From Chrysomallon squamiferum (Eukaryota; Animalia; Mollusca): a stretch of 64,000 nt of DNA. Below the pieces are notes generated by a model. The model was not told the origin of the DNA. It saw only the letters and a program-made list of their open reading frames with translations, and searched no databases. The stretch's first letter is position 1; the number at the start of each line of letters is the position of its first letter. A program made the translations under genes and the position numbers. Below, piece after piece: positions 13,078 to 59,140 of the stretch. The DNA lies in assembly GCA_012295275.1 (NCBI GenBank), contig CM022670.1:36704001-36768000 (forward strand), written 5' to 3'.

Positions 13078-14414
13078 TATATATATCTAGATGAAGTAAA
13101 AATAGGAAGAATAACTACAGCTACAAGCAACAAAAATAATAATAACAACAATAACAAAAAGGTAAAAACAACAGTAAAAATAAAATGAATTAATAACTTT
13201 AACTAATAATAATAATAATAGTAATATATGCCGATAATGATAATAAACAAAATATCCTCATAAAATTATAATTTTTTTTTTTTAACAGAATTAGAATATA
13301 ATTATATAAAAATTAATGGGTTTATATAATAACAATTTGTTAGTTAATATTCATTCTTTATTATTATTATTATTATTATTATTACTGTCTGTCTTCAAAC
13401 AGTATTATTTTTTGAATGTCTTAAAATCATATTTATATAAATATAAAATTATTATTAAATTATAACAAAATCCTTTTGTTTAAATGTTTTAGGTTTTTAC
13501 AGATTTATTCATAATCTCTGAAATCATATTTAAAAAAAAATATAAGGTTGTTTTAATGTTAATATAAACTATGTTCACTAACATATTTTCTGTTTTAGTT
13601 TATTTGGTTGTTCAGTGTCATAACTCTTGGGCCAGTCACTTATGGAGATGTTGTGTACCCAATGTGGGCCATTGTGTTTGGTTGGTGTTTAGCTGTGTGT
13701 TCCATTATACCTATACCAGGCCTCATGATTTACCAGATTGTGCAAGAAACAGGAACCTTAATGGAGGTGAATTTATATATATATATTATTTATTTATTTT
13801 TTAGATTAGCCTTATCATCATCATCATTATTAATTAATTTATTTATTATATTTATGTTTTAGTTAATCATGTATTTATTTATTTGTTTATTTATTTTATT
13901 ATTATTATTATTATTTATTTTTATTTTTATTACTATTTAAATTTATGTATTAAAGATCTGATGAAAAAAATTGAATGACTAACATTACAAAGATATGTCT
14001 TAATCAGATATAAGAAAAAATATAAGAAAATACACATGGAAAAGTGGACGAAAATATTCCTAATGAAACGTACTCAGCTCTGAAAAATCAGAAATACACA
14101 GAAAGAAAATAAATGGGTTTTACTGATATTTAACAGTTTCAGTTTGATTGTTGCAGGTGTTAAAAACAATCATTTTTTTTCAGAGAGTACGAAAACTGAC
14201 CAAACCATTGCCATCATGGGGTCCTTCCCTTCCTGAAAATCGCAAGCTTTATTTGGAATCGCTGGGCATTACTGACCCACTGATGGTGACATCCATGGTG
14301 CCACTGAAAAAGGCTGAATATTCAGAAAGTGCAGCAGAACCACAGGAATATTTAGAACTGGTTCGCAATGACAGAATGTCCGAGGACAACCTGGAAACAA
14401 ACACAAAACAGTGA
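461..14414 (+). CDS. Gene 1: SLC6 Na+/Cl- dependent glycine-transporter-like (SLC6A9/SLC6A5-like) gene, 12 exons in window, 5'-partial (TM1 exon upstream), two 1-nt frameshifts
   Basis: Exons 461-592, 984-1292, 1498-1630, 2111-2245, 2706-2809, 3216-3340, 4079-4191, 11325-11456, 11984-12083, 12733-12834, 13599-13766, 14184-14414, all with AG/GT ends. SLC6 motifs [58 protein letters not shown]. Confidence 0.9.
984..1292 (+). CDS. Gene 1 exon (TM3-EL2), one base short
   Basis: cag|[27 protein letters not shown].. then SASEEFWE|gtaagt in a shifted frame; 309 nt where phases require 310. Confidence 0.88.
1498..1630 (+). CDS. Gene 1 exon (TM4)
   Basis: tgcag|[28 protein letters not shown]|gtatgg, 133 nt. 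Confidence 0.93.
2111..2245 (+). CDS. Gene 1 exon (TM5)
   Basis: ttcag|[45 protein letters not shown]|gtaatt, 135 nt. Confidence 0.93.
2706..2809 (+). CDS. Gene 1 exon (TM6)
   Basis: tacag|[35 protein letters not shown]|gtttaa, 104 nt. Confidence 0.93.
3216..3340 (+). CDS. Gene 1 exon (TM7)
   Basis: ttcag|[42 protein letters not shown]|gtaaaa, 125 nt. Confidence 0.93.
4079..4191 (+). CDS. Gene 1 exon (EL4-TM8)
   Basis: ttcag|[38 protein letters not shown]|gtagga, 113 nt. Confidence 0.94.
7307..7390 (+). other. GC-rich island in the 7.1-kb intron; candidate alternative terminal or poison exon
   Basis: Pyrimidine tract + AAG at 7304-7306, phase-0 frame [27 protein letters not shown]; far more GC-rich than its flanks. 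Confidence 0.3.
11325..11456 (+). CDS. Gene 1 exon (TM8 end-TM9)
   Basis: gtag|[44 protein letters not shown]|gtatgt, 132 nt. Confidence 0.92.
11984..12083 (+). CDS. Gene 1 exon (TM10)
   Basis: aacag|[34 protein letters not shown]|gtaaga, 100 nt. Confidence 0.93.
12733..12834 (+). CDS. Gene 1 exon (IL5-TM11), one extra base
   Basis: ccag|[11 protein letters not shown] (+a at 12765) [23 protein letters not shown]|gtcagt; 102 nt where phases require 101. Confidence 0.9.
13599..13766 (+). CDS. Gene 1 exon (TM12)
   Basis: tttag|[34 protein letters not shown]|gtgaat, 168 nt. Confidence 0.92.
14184..14414 (+). CDS. Gene 1 last coding exon
   Basis: ttcag|[14 protein letters not shown]...ETNTKQ* (TGA 14412-14414). 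Confidence 0.92.
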   Translation, partial: RVRKLTKPLPSWGPSLPENRKLYLESLGITDPLMVTSMVPLKKAEYSESAAEPQEYLELVRNDRMSEDNLETNTKQ

Positions 14415-15309
14415 AAATAGCTGTAATCATTTGCTGCAGACTTTGTTGTCGGTTTTACCAGAGACTGAAGGAAAGAGATAAGATTCTGAATAACTAGCAG
14501 AGATTTCAGATGTTTGTTTAACTGCAGTGTTAAACTATGCAATGTGCAAGGTATAAAAGTAATAAAAAAAAAAAAAAAAGAAATGGAAGACCAATACAAA
14601 AGTGATTTACACCAAATACATTACTAACATGAATATGTGAGCTTCATTACTTACTGAATAACAATATTTCTTTTTTTATTAATTATATCTATGAAACACA
14701 CCTAAAAGACTGATAGATTTTTTAATATCATTTATTAAAAATAGTCTGCGCACAAACAACATTTGTTTTAAAGCTTTGTTATTATTGTTTTTTAGTTTCA
14801 ATTTTAAAAGACCGTTTTGGATAACTAACAAATATTGTGATTATTTTGGATGTGGTAAGAATATGACAACAAAATCATTATTATCATACATTTCTTTTAG
14901 AATACAAGTTTGAAATGGAATTTGAGCTTGAGAAAGGAATTGTTTTTAAAGAGACTGCTATTATGGAGGTAATACTAAAACAGATAACTCATGCATTTTT
15001 TTTTTTCTTCTATTAATTAACCGATTTTTTACTTAAAACAAGAATCTATAAATTTAAAGCACTTTCTTTGACTGTCTTAAAAGTTAAAATCATTCAACTT
15101 GAAATTGGTTTCTTCAGATTTTGCCTGGAATTGGGAAAGGGAGATAGATTAAATTTCAAAGAAAAAAACAACAGGAAACTCCAGTCTTGTTGTGCTTGTT
15201 TAACTGATCTAAGACTCTACTACCAAAGGGAAAAAACAAAGTGATATGTACAATCTAAAATTATAAACAGTACAACTGAAACAGGAAGACTGTTATCACT
15301 AGAAACTGG

Positions 15310-15760
15310 TCAGTTATTTATTTCAGTTCAGTAATAAAGGTTTCTAAAATATTTCAGTTCAGTAATATCATAGAAAGTGAATGTTTTCTAAAACACTGTG
15401 TAGCAGAGTTATTTATTTCAGTTCAGTAATATCACAGAAAGTGAAAGGTTTCTAAAACATTGTGTAGCAAAGTTATTTATTTCAGTTCAGTAATATCATA
15501 GAAAGTGAAAGGTTTCTAAAACATTCCACTGAATAATTTCAGTTCAGAAATCATAGAAAAAGAAAAGGTTTTGTAGCTTAAAATAATAGTTTTCTAAAAC
15601 AATATGTATCTGATCCACATGATCAAAGTTATATATTTCAGTTCAGTAATATCTTAGAAAGTGAAAGATTTCTAAAACAATATGTATCAGATCCTTATGG
15701 TCAAAGTTATGTATTTCAATTAGAAAGTGCAGAATTTCTGAAACAGTATATATATATCAA
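15310..15760. repeat. Degenerate ~60-bp tandem repeat in the putative 3'UTR of gene 1
   Basis: Recurrent atttcagttcagtaatatcatagaaagtgaaaggtttctaaaac units. Confidence 0.75.
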
Positions 15761-16471
15761 ATCCATGAATTGCTAAAAAAAATTAATAGACTGATAACTA
15801 AATAAATAACTGAAGTAAATGATATTTGTGGACAAAAGCCTTAAAATTATTCTTAAATATTAATACTATTAATAGAGCAAGAAGTAAAAAATAATAATTT
15901 CTCTCTGAGAAAATAAGAATATTACATTACAGTTTACTGTGATGACAGTTTCTTCTTTACTTGTTGTATTGTCTATAACTGACAATTGGGGTTCCACTCA
16001 CTGTCCACAGCATTAATTATCAACCTATATCTCCAAATCTTTACCTGATGTGATGAATCCAGGCAATTCATGACTTTATATATGTTTGTGGGATTTTTTT
16101 TTTTCTTCTTTTTCGTTTTTTCAGCCAATTGTTAGTTCTTTTCTTAATGATGAAATTCACATCATCTTGAAAATTATCATCACCATAATGAAAGCCCTCC
16201 ATTTTCTGAAATCTTGGATCTTCCTTGTTTCATGTCACAGATTTGACTATCATCATTTATATAATTTTGTTATGAATATTTCATTTAAATTTTCTACTCT
16301 AAGTGTATGTGTGTGTATATAGATATATAAAAATATTTAATTGTTTGTTGTTAATATTATGTTAAATTACATATAATTTGGCTGGAAATTTGCAAAAAAG
16401 TGTAAAACTTTGTATTTGACAATACAGTTAATTGTACTGTGAAAACCCAGTGAATTAAAACACACAGATAA

Positions 16472-16510
<39 letters not shown>

Positions 16511-18707
16511 GACAGAGGCTTACTGACATGGATATTAGGTATAAAATAATTATAATGATCATATTAACCAGTTTAGGTTGCTATCCATGCTAACTGGCAA
16601 ATATGGAAATTTAATATACATTTTTTTCCTATGCACATCTTTCTAATTAATGGGGGTTTTTGTTTTTGTTTTTTATTACAATAAGGTTTTGTCTAGAAAG
16701 AGATTCTTGTATGTTCAAAGATGGTTATTAGTGATTATTTATTTTCATATAAATAACAACATTAATCATTTTTCATTTTGTTTTTCTGAAGATTTCTCCA
16801 TCCATGTGTCCCAGAATCTGAACATTTCACTAAGTGTATTTGTTGTTTTTTTCGTTTTTGTTTTGTTTTTGTTGTTGTTCAGTTTAAGTAAATATGTTTA
16901 CATGATTACCTGCATAATTCAAAGTATTTTTAAAAAAACATAATTATTAACATTGTGAGTCAGTATTGACTACAATTTTTTTATTTTTTTTATACAGTAT
17001 TAAATATTATTTAAATAATAAAAATATTCTACATTGTTATTTTTTCGCTGAATTTTGTTTGGAATATTTTTTCCAATATAAACATATCTCAGCTTAGCAC
17101 AAATGTGGTATTTCTTTTCAGAAATTAAACACAGATTTATAAAAATATAAACCAAACCAAAGAAAAAAAAAAATTAAATGTGATAACTTACAAATTGATG
17201 AATCCAAGAATACCAAAGAATTTAACATTCCAACTGAAATGAAAATATTAACACAAATATTATTTTCTTAGTTTACTATTCTTATTTTAAAAGTTTTAAC
17301 TATTGGAATAATATGAATGAATGAATAAAGAAAGAAAGGAAGAAATTATAAACCAAAATAAATATGCACTCACATTTGCAGAGTTTTCTTTTATAACAGA
17401 AAATATGTTTTATTTTTATTGTTTTTAATAAAACCTGTTTAAAAAAGTGTTATCCGTTTTGAAATATCTAAAGCATTTAACTGTACAGCTAGCATGCATT
17501 TCAGATTTTGTTTTGTTCTTGTTTGTTTATATTTGTTTCATATTTTATTATGTTAATATGTGTGTGTGTCTTGCTTTCATTTTTCTCATCTGAAAATATT
17601 ATTATTACTGAATTCTTAATCTTGTTAATCCACTGATGTGATTAATGTTAACTGAAAATGTGTAATCAAACTGAATTGACAATCATAAGAAAGTATTTTT
17701 GAAATGAAAACATTTCATGGCTAACAGTATTTTTTTATTTAAGACAAATCAGTTTGCAATATTTTACAAATATAGCGAAGTTTAAATTCATATGATTGAA
17801 ATTCCAAGTTTTATATATTGTAAAAATAAAATATATAAAATACAGAATAAATACTAATACTGTTAGTAAAAAGGTCATATTGTTATGATTATAAAATATC
17901 TTATTAATGAAAACATGATATTGTAATAATTAAATAAGAATAATTCATAATATATTCATACAGTTAATAAAAATATATTATTATGATTATAAGAAATTTC
18001 CATAAAATATATTATTAATAGAAGATAATATTGTAATAATTAAATAAGAATAATTCATAATATATTCATAGTTAATAAAAAAAATATTATTATAAGAAAT
18101 AGTCATAAGATATATTATTAATAAAAGATAATATAATAATTAAATAATTATTATTCATAATAAACTTAGTTTAAAATGATTATGGTTATAACAGTGAAAC
18201 ATATCTTATCACAAAAGATGATATTTGTAATGATAAACTATTAATTATTTGTGATAGCTTTTTATTATTAACAAAAAGTGATACTGCAAAACCTAAAATG
18301 ATCATATATGTGTTATTAAAAAAAAAAAAAAAAAATTATTGGCTGAAACATATAAATATTCATAATTATTTTAATATATTAGATATTAATAAAAAAAAAT
18401 AATTTTGTGACAGATAAAATATTTATTCATAACATGTTTATGATTAATAAAAATACAATATTTATTTTGTTTACTGAAACCCAAACAGAATTTATTTGCA
18501 ATCTATTGTAAAAAAATCAAATGATTTTAATTTCAGATTTATTGGAAAATCATCCTATATTTTAATTTAATTTTCAAATTACTAATATTTTAGATCTTGC
18601 ATTGTAAATATTCTGCCATTAAAAAAAAAAAAAAAAAAAACTTTGTAAATATTTCATTCAGACTTTCTTAGATTGTACATTTCTGATACTTGGTGTTTTT
18701 GTTATGA

Positions 18708-18713
18708 AATAAA
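18708..18713 (+). terminator. Candidate polyadenylation signal of gene 1
   Basis: AATAAA followed about 20-35 nt later by a GT/T-rich tract (tgcttttttgtgtgtgtt); many other AATAAA exist in this AT-rich DNA. Confidence 0.3.
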
Positions 18714-19859
18714 CTTCCAGTACTGTTGGATGCTTTTTTGTGTGTGTTATTTTTTATTTTAATCATTCTATCTGCAGATACACTTCATATTTTAACTTGA
18801 GGAGTCAATAAATGTTACTGTTCTCTTCTGCTGATAAATATTTATTCATTTTTTTAAACTTGTCTGTTTGTTTGTTTATTTATTTAATTATTTATTTATT
18901 TATTTATTTATTTACTTATTTATTTATCTATTTAATTGTTTTACATATTTATTTTACTGAAAGAGTTTGATTGTTTATGCTCTAAAAAAATATTCTCAAC
19001 ATTATTATTAGCAAACAATGGAAATTTTAAAATCGGTAAATTAATTGAAAATTTCTGAATGAATGAAAGAATGCATGAATGATCATTGTGTATCATTCTG
19101 TGTTATGAATACTTTATCTGAAAAGCTTGGGACAGGAAGTATTTGAGATTTTGAAATATAAAGAGAAGCCTGAGACAAGAATCGAAATACAAATTCCATT
19201 TTTATTTCATATACAGATAGTCTACAGGATTTTTTAGGCAATATTTTTAATAACGTTTTGTATAAACTAGAGTTTGTATATGCAAAACAAACCAAAAATG
19301 CTAAGATATCGCAATTTCAGCACCTAGCAAAACTTTTGGAGTTCAGAATTTCAGATAACGAGTTCCTGAACCTGTATTGAAAAATTTCATACATTATACA
19401 GAAAGAAAGATTCTGTGCTAAAAATGACACTCTAAAAGATCCAGTGGTCTTTTTGTAAGCTTCAAATAATCACAAATAAGAACTTTTCATAATGTAGGGT
19501 GAGGCTACAGATGTTAAAATGGAGAATATAAATGACTGCAAGTTAAAAAACAAAACAAAAAAAAACAACCAATTCCTGGCATGGTAGAATAATTAATTCA
19601 AATAGCCAAACAATCATAACCAAAACAAGTTCCATATTTGAAATGGGGGGAAAAAAAAAACAGCTCATCAAATGAAACAATATTTATGACTGAAACATCT
19701 TTTGCAGTTGACACAAAATATAAATTTATAAGGGTACCGAAAATCAGTGAATTGAAAATTAGTAACTCAAAATATTTTTTGTAAGTTAAACAGTATTACA
19801 ATTACTGGAGTAATATTAGTGAGTTAAATCTCTTCTTTTTTTATTGCCGAAATGAGGTG

Positions 19860-20110
19860 AGAGTTACTGAAATAATTTTTATGACCGAAACCGTAGAAGA
19901 ATTACTGAAACAGAGCACTGGTGACTGAAACAAGATAAGAATTACTGAAATAATACTGTGACTGGACGAGTGTAACAGTGACTGGAACAATTTTGTGATT
20001 GAAACAGGATAAGAGTTACTGAAACAGGATAAGAATTGCTGAAACAGGATCAGTTTCTGGAAGAGTATAATAGTGATTGAAACAGAAAATCAATAACTGA
20101 AACTTTTCTA
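19860..20110. repeat. Degenerate ~20-bp minisatellite
   Basis: Repeated (a/t)ctgaaacaggataagaatt-like units. Confidence 0.6.
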
Positions 20111-20979
20111 TTTATTCAGTAGCACAGTAATTGAAATGGCATGTAAATAATTTTTGAAAAGAGAAGAATGAAAACCAGTTTATTTGGAAAGCTGCAAGAC
20201 AGTGAACTCAGACTCTCCATGATGTTATTTCATTGTTGTCTTCTGTATTACTCTCTCTATTTATATTTTTTAAACATTACACTTTAAAATATATTCTCTC
20301 TTACTAAATAAGGAAGAAAAAGCAATTTTTCTGAACTGCAGCTCTTGAAAAATACCATAGAAAAAAGGATTTATGAATGTGATAAATAAAAGAATAAAAA
20401 TTGTAAATGTGAAATGTTTTATTATCATTTTACAATATAAAACTATCACAGAGTTTGTCTGCACTTTTTTTATATTTTGAAATCTGTAATGATATGCTAT
20501 TTTAAAATGAGGTTTCCAAAGTTATTTGTACAAAATTTAAAAAATTGACCTACTGAACCAGTATTAATAAATATACTATATCCTATAACACTTTATTTAC
20601 AAAACAGTAATAAAGTTGCCAATTAAAAAATGAACATTGCAAAGCTTAATACCAAAGCATATTATCGTAATTTTTCTATATAAAATATTTTATTATATAC
20701 ATTTTCTTTCTAAAATGATTTTTATATACATATATACACATATTTTTAATGTACAAGATCAAGACTAAATCTATAAAATAGAAAATATACTATGATTTCA
20801 TTTTTAATCATCTTTACAAAATATGCATTATTAACTAATACATACATACTCATAAACATATATATATATATTACATTAAAAACAACATGATATATACATA
20901 ATATAGGTCTATGTAATATCTTAAGAACAATAAGATATGTTCCTTAAATATATAATTATATATGTACATATATATATTT

Positions 20980-21062
20980 TTTTTTTAAATAGAATTTATT
21001 TTCACATTTTTATATATATATATATTTCAAATTCTTCTTGAAATAAATTCTATTTAAAAAAA
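20980..21062. repeat. 22-bp inverted repeat
   Basis: tttttttaaatagaatttattt (20980-21001) is the reverse complement of aaataaattctatttaaaaaaa (21041-21062). Confidence 0.8.
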
Positions 21063-22171
21063 TTAAATAATTAAATAACAAAAACAAATAATAACATCAA
21101 AAATTATTAACTTCATTGTCAGTATTATTTTGCACCAAAAAATATTATTGCCAGTATTGACAGCGAGATTAAAATTACATCTGCACAAAACAGTTAAAAA
21201 CAAAAACAGCTTATCACAGACTGCCAAATACTGACTTGCACAAAGTATTTATCAATATCATAAATTAATGTACACAATCCCCATACAGCTGAATATCTAA
21301 ATATATAAACGGTGCCATGTCAAAATAACGAATTAACAAAAATCAGCAACCAAAAAACAAACAACAAAAAAATAAAAAAGACACTGTTTTTATATTATAT
21401 AAATTGCATAACTGTAAGAATAAAGCTTCTTTTAGGACTGACCTTATTTTGTTATATTGCATGATACGAGTAACACTGAGTACAAATCTGAAATGTTCCC
21501 ATTTCATCTATCTTTGAATATACACACAAAAAAAGAAGAAAATAATATATATATGTTTACATATTTGGTTATTTTGAAAATTAGATTGAAAAGAGAAAAA
21601 AATTGGTAATAATATAAACAATCAAATCAACTTTAATATGATGTGATATGTAATAAGAGGTAAAAATACATTCATCAAAACTGCACTTGATTAATAATCA
21701 GTTACTTCCCCTGACTTCAGTTCTCTAATGTCATAAATATTAAATTCATCTCACTTTTAGTACTGAGTACTGAATCGTTTCCATATGAAATTATTAATAT
21801 TGATAAAATAAAAACAACTGTGCTTATTATAAAGTTTGGATAGCTTTATTGATATATTCTATAAAATAATAACGTATGTCAGATTAGAAATGGTATATTA
21901 TATTTTCAAATTATCATTCTATTTTATTCAATTTATTATTTGTTTAAAACCATTTTGGCAAAAGGATACCCCACTAATGAAATAATTATTTTCCCGAAAA
22001 AAAAAAATAATTTTTAAAAATATATTTGTGCATATTTTAGTTTATTTATTTTCTTAAATTGTTTCCCTGCACCAATTTGTGCATCACACACACAGAATTT
22101 TAGCAACACATTTTATTCATCAATTAACTGAACACTTTCTGCTTTCTCTTTGGTTTTAGAGTGTTGTTTGG

Positions 22172-54462
<32,291 letters not shown>

Positions 54463-54559
54463 TATTGTGGAAAGAGTCTGCAAATACAGGTAACATAATT
54501 AATTATAAAAGGATTCTTAGATTACTGTACAAAATATTCTAATGCTGTTCCTGTAACTC

Positions 54560-55232
54560 TGCTCCTAAAACTACTACCACTGCTGTTATTATTATTACTA
54601 CTCCTGCTCCTAAAACTATCACCATTACTGCTGTTATTATTACTACTCCTGCTCCTAAAACTATCACAACTACTGCTGTTATTATTACCACTCCTGCTCC
54701 TGAAACTATCACCATTACTGTTGTTATTATTACAACTCCTGTTCCTAAAACTATCACAACTACTGTTGTTATTATTACTTCTCCTGCTCCTAAAACTATC
54801 ACAACTACTGTTGTTATTATTACCACTTCTGCTCCTAAAACTATCACCATTACTGTTGTTATTACTACTCCTGCTCCTAAAACTATCACCACTGCTGTTG
54901 TTATTATTACCACTCCTGCTCCTAAAACTAGCACCATTACTGTAGTTATTATTACTTCTCCTGCTCCTAAAACTATCACCATTACTGTTATTATTACCAC
55001 TCCTGCTCCTGAAACTATCACCACTACTGTTGTTATTATTACTACTCCTGCTCCTAAAACTATCACCATTACTGTAGTTATTATTACTTCTCCTGCTCCT
55101 AAAACTATCACCATTACTGTTGTTATTATTACTTCTCCTGCTCCTAAAACTATCACCATTACTGTTGTTATTATTACTACTCCTGCTCCTTAAACTATCA
55201 CCACTGCTGTTATTATTACTGCTCTTGCTCCT
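54560..55232. repeat. 39/42-bp minisatellite, ~16 copies
   Basis: Unit ctcctgctcctaaaactatcaccattactgttgttattattacta; the triplet-multiple period explains ORFs 54539-55159 and 54721-54945. Confidence 0.93.
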
Positions 55233-58200
55233 ACATTTACTATTATTGATGCTATTTCTAATACTTCTGTAATCACAATAATTAAGTTTAAATAATAAAG
55301 AAAATTTACTGCTACAACTAATAAACTATTACTACTAGAGTTGCTTCTACTTCTGTTGCCACTACTGTAGTCTGAGTTAGCACTACATAAAAATAATAAT
55401 ACAATAATAAGAAAAGTTATAGTTGAGAGAATCTGGAAAAAATATGTAATAAAGAGAACTATTTTATAATAATAATAATAATAACTTTAGTATTAGTAGA
55501 AGCAATAGTAGTAGTAGTAATGTTAATGATAATAATAATAATAATCATAATAGAAATAATATAATAATAATAATAATAATAATAAAAATTATAACAAGAA
55601 TAACAACAGTGATGATAATGATGATAAAATAATGATAATAATGATAATAATAACATAATAATAATCACAACAATGATAATAAAAACACCAACAATAATAA
55701 AAATAACAATAATAATAATAATATTACAGGAATGATTATATAACACCACAATAACAGTAATAGTGATAACAAACAGAATTCACCCGTAACACAAAATTCT
55801 TGAGAAACTACAAAATGACATTTTTTTCTCTTTTATTTTTTCTTTAATGCATCTTTCCTGAACCAAATAAACGATTCAATAAAAATTAAAAAATTTCACC
55901 CCCAAGACTCTGTAATTGCACAAGCATTTGCAGACATGTTGTGCTGCAAATTATTTGAATCACCTGCTGCACCCTGCTGAAATCTGATACTGTTCATGTC
56001 TGATGTGCCTTTTATCAGTGTCTGATTAATTCATCACATTTCTGCACATCAGAAAATGTACATGTATTCCATGACAAGAGAACAAGAGGCGATTGCCACG
56101 TTAAAGCCTCCAAAATACGATTTTTTGATAATAATTATCACAAGAAGTCTTCGTTTTTGTTTTGTTTTGAATCTCTCCATTTTAAGAAGTAAAGTGCCAG
56201 CTGTGTTGACAGTTACATTTTGTGAAATAAAAATGAAAATACAGAAAGAGTTTTAGAGATGAATTAGAATAGATGAATGTAATATGAAATTAAATGTGAC
56301 ATGTAACAGTTTTCTCCTGTTAATGAGTGTGTTTATGTTGTTTGTGTTTGCAAATGTGAGTGCATGATGTGCTTGCATGTTCATGATGGCCAGTATCTTG
56401 TAAAACTAGCTTTAGAAATCAAGAAGTATAAATTTTCACAATCTATAAATAGTTCATTACCTTGAAGTTGAATATAAACAGATGTAGAAGACTGAAGAAA
56501 TAGTTTAGTATCTAAAATTTACTTAAAATAAGAATATCTGGCACACACAAATAACACACAAAATATATATATATATGTGCAAACACACATATATTTACAT
56601 ATATTTACATATTTTACAATGATTATACAATGTACATATATTTACAATATTATTCTTAACTCAGTTTTTAATATATATAAATATATATTTTAATATATTT
56701 ACATATATATATATATATAATATATTTACATATTTATGTATTTATATATTTAGTTATTTGTTGTTCTTTTTAATAGGATAGTGTTGGTAGATGGTCAAAT
56801 TAAAAACATAAAATTTTGTGAAATTATGTTTTCTGTATGATTATAAAAAGTTAGCAATATAAATACATTTTTTCAGTTGCAGATGTTGACTTGCTAATAT
56901 TCTGAAACAAAAAATCATGAAACAGACCTTTTTCTTTCTTTTTTTCTTGTTGAAATTCATTGTCTGAAAAAGCATTATGTACAGTCATGGTAAGTCTTTT
57001 AAACCAGATTAGTTACTCATGAGTTAATGAAAGCTGGTTTTAATGGAGAAATTCCAATAAATTTCAACTACAAGAACCAAACAGAACAAGATCAATGTTG
57101 CAGGATCTGGTCAGATAACTAACAGGATTATAAAGTTGCAGGAATCATTCAGAACTTTTCTTCTTCTGAGTTGTTTTCTTTTAATTTGTATCCTATTCCA
57201 ACTTAGGCTCTAAATATCAGTATTATGTATAGTCATATTGTCTGTTTTTGACAATTTAAATTTTTAAATAGGTTTTGCTGTCTGTATTAGCAGGTGTACA
57301 CTAGATAATTATTTTCTTTTAATATTCCAGGAATAACTGTTATCAGGATGGGGTTTTTTTTTTTTTTTTTAAAGATTTAGTAAGTCTGTGTGATAGTTAA
57401 ACCATGGCAGTTTTAAAAAGGTGTAACCTACTTATGAATTTTATAACTGTTCAGAAAAAAGTGTAAATTGTATTAAAAAAAAAAAACAGTGAAGGACATT
57501 AATAAGTATTTTTTTCTTAGTATTCATTTGTCTAAATTTATTTTTATTTTTCTTTATTGATCAAGTTGTCTTATTCTCTCTCTCTCTTTTTTTTTTCTTC
57601 TTTTTTTTTTTAATATTTGAGGATTAAAACAGATTTGTTATCAGACATAGCTGTGCTATAAAAATTCTCAAGTTAGAATTGATTTTCTTGTAGGTCTGGA
57701 TGTTTGGAAGATCTTTGAAGATCAGCAGAACTAATTTACCGCCGTATCAACCGAACATTAAAAAAAAAAAAAAAAATTGTGTAAAAAAAATTGTGTAAGC
57801 TATTTTATAAGCAGGAAGTGATTAAACACATGCATGCAGAGATGTACACATACATACACACACAACACATACACACACAAAACATATACACAAAGAAACA
57901 TACACACAGAGAAAGACACACATACAAACATGACACCCACATATCAGATACTACTTACTATAAATCTGTCATAATTTTCTGCTGCCAGATATTTTACTCA
58001 AACATTAAAATAAATTTTACACTCTCAGTTCATTTCTCAACTATCCCATCTTTCAGCTTGTTCAGTATTTCCTTCTTTCACTCTTTATTCATATCTATCC
58101 TTCTCTCTTTCTAAATCTTCCTTTTCCATCATTCCTCTCTCTTTTTGTTTCCCTCTGTCATTCTCTCATTTCCCACATTTTCTTAAATATCTTTTTTTCC

Positions 58201-58818
58201 CAATTTCCTTTTAATGTTTTTTTTTTCATTCTTCTTTTAAAATTTTTAAAGATGTTTCCTGGTTTTAACAAGCAAGACCAAAAGACATTTAAAAAAACAA
58301 CTACCATGGAAACAAAATATAAATTTTTCACTTTATTATTAATTTTTTTTTTTTTCATTACAAGTAGTGATCAAAGACTGCCATATAAAGATAATATCAA
58401 TAAAGACAAAAGAAATATCAGTTAAGAGAGAGGAATACATTAATATCCGAGTTGCTGAGTAGAATATATTATCAGTTTTCTCTAACAGTGTTTGCATAGA
58501 CTGAATCAATAGCACACTCTTCACTAATTATTTACCATCATCAGTACAGGAAACATAAAAAAAAATGATAAAACACCCCCCCTCAAGAGATATAAAAGAG
58601 TCAGACCTAATTCTTCGTTCATATTACAAAAATTTCAAACATTTATTGTGATTAAATAATGTTTACAAAAGAGCTAAGAGGGCTTGGAAAGGAAAGGTTT
58701 ATTTGTTGAGTTAATGAGTAAATAAATGAGTGTATGGACAGATGTTTGTATAGATTGAATAGTTTACTGTATAGCATAAGAACCAATATATATATGTGTG
58801 TGTGTGTGTGTATGTGTC

Positions 58819-58862
<44 letters not shown>

Positions 58863-58929
58863 GTTAATATATATGATAATATATCCTTAATGAACTGGAT
58901 GCACTGAATATGAAAGACATGGACAGAAA

Positions 58930-59140
58930 GAAACTGGTTATGACCAGAGCTTGTTAACTGGATTAGTCTGGATCAGACTGGAGTAGATTAGACAAGACTG
59001 GACTAAGCTGAACATGACTGGACAGAATTGGATTCTGCTCTACTGGGCAGGATGGACTTGACAGAGATTATCTGGAACTGACTGCTCTTGACTGAAGCAG
59101 ACAGAACTACTTGAACTGGACTAAGCTGGACTGAACTGGT
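58930..59140. repeat. Degenerate 5/10-bp (gactg/aactg) repeat
   Basis: Recurrent gactgg, aactgg and gctgga words. Confidence 0.5.

Noticed and set aside
54539-55159. 206-aa repetitive hydrophobic ORF (VIVLGAGVVIITT)n
   Set aside because: It is the translation of a 39/42-bp minisatellite lying in an intron, with no splice or start context.
55963-56040. Candidate upstream coding exon (ATG AAC AGT..GCA G|gtgatt)
   Set aside because: Its phase-1 donor is incompatible with the phase-0 frame at the 54477 acceptor; at most a UTR exon.
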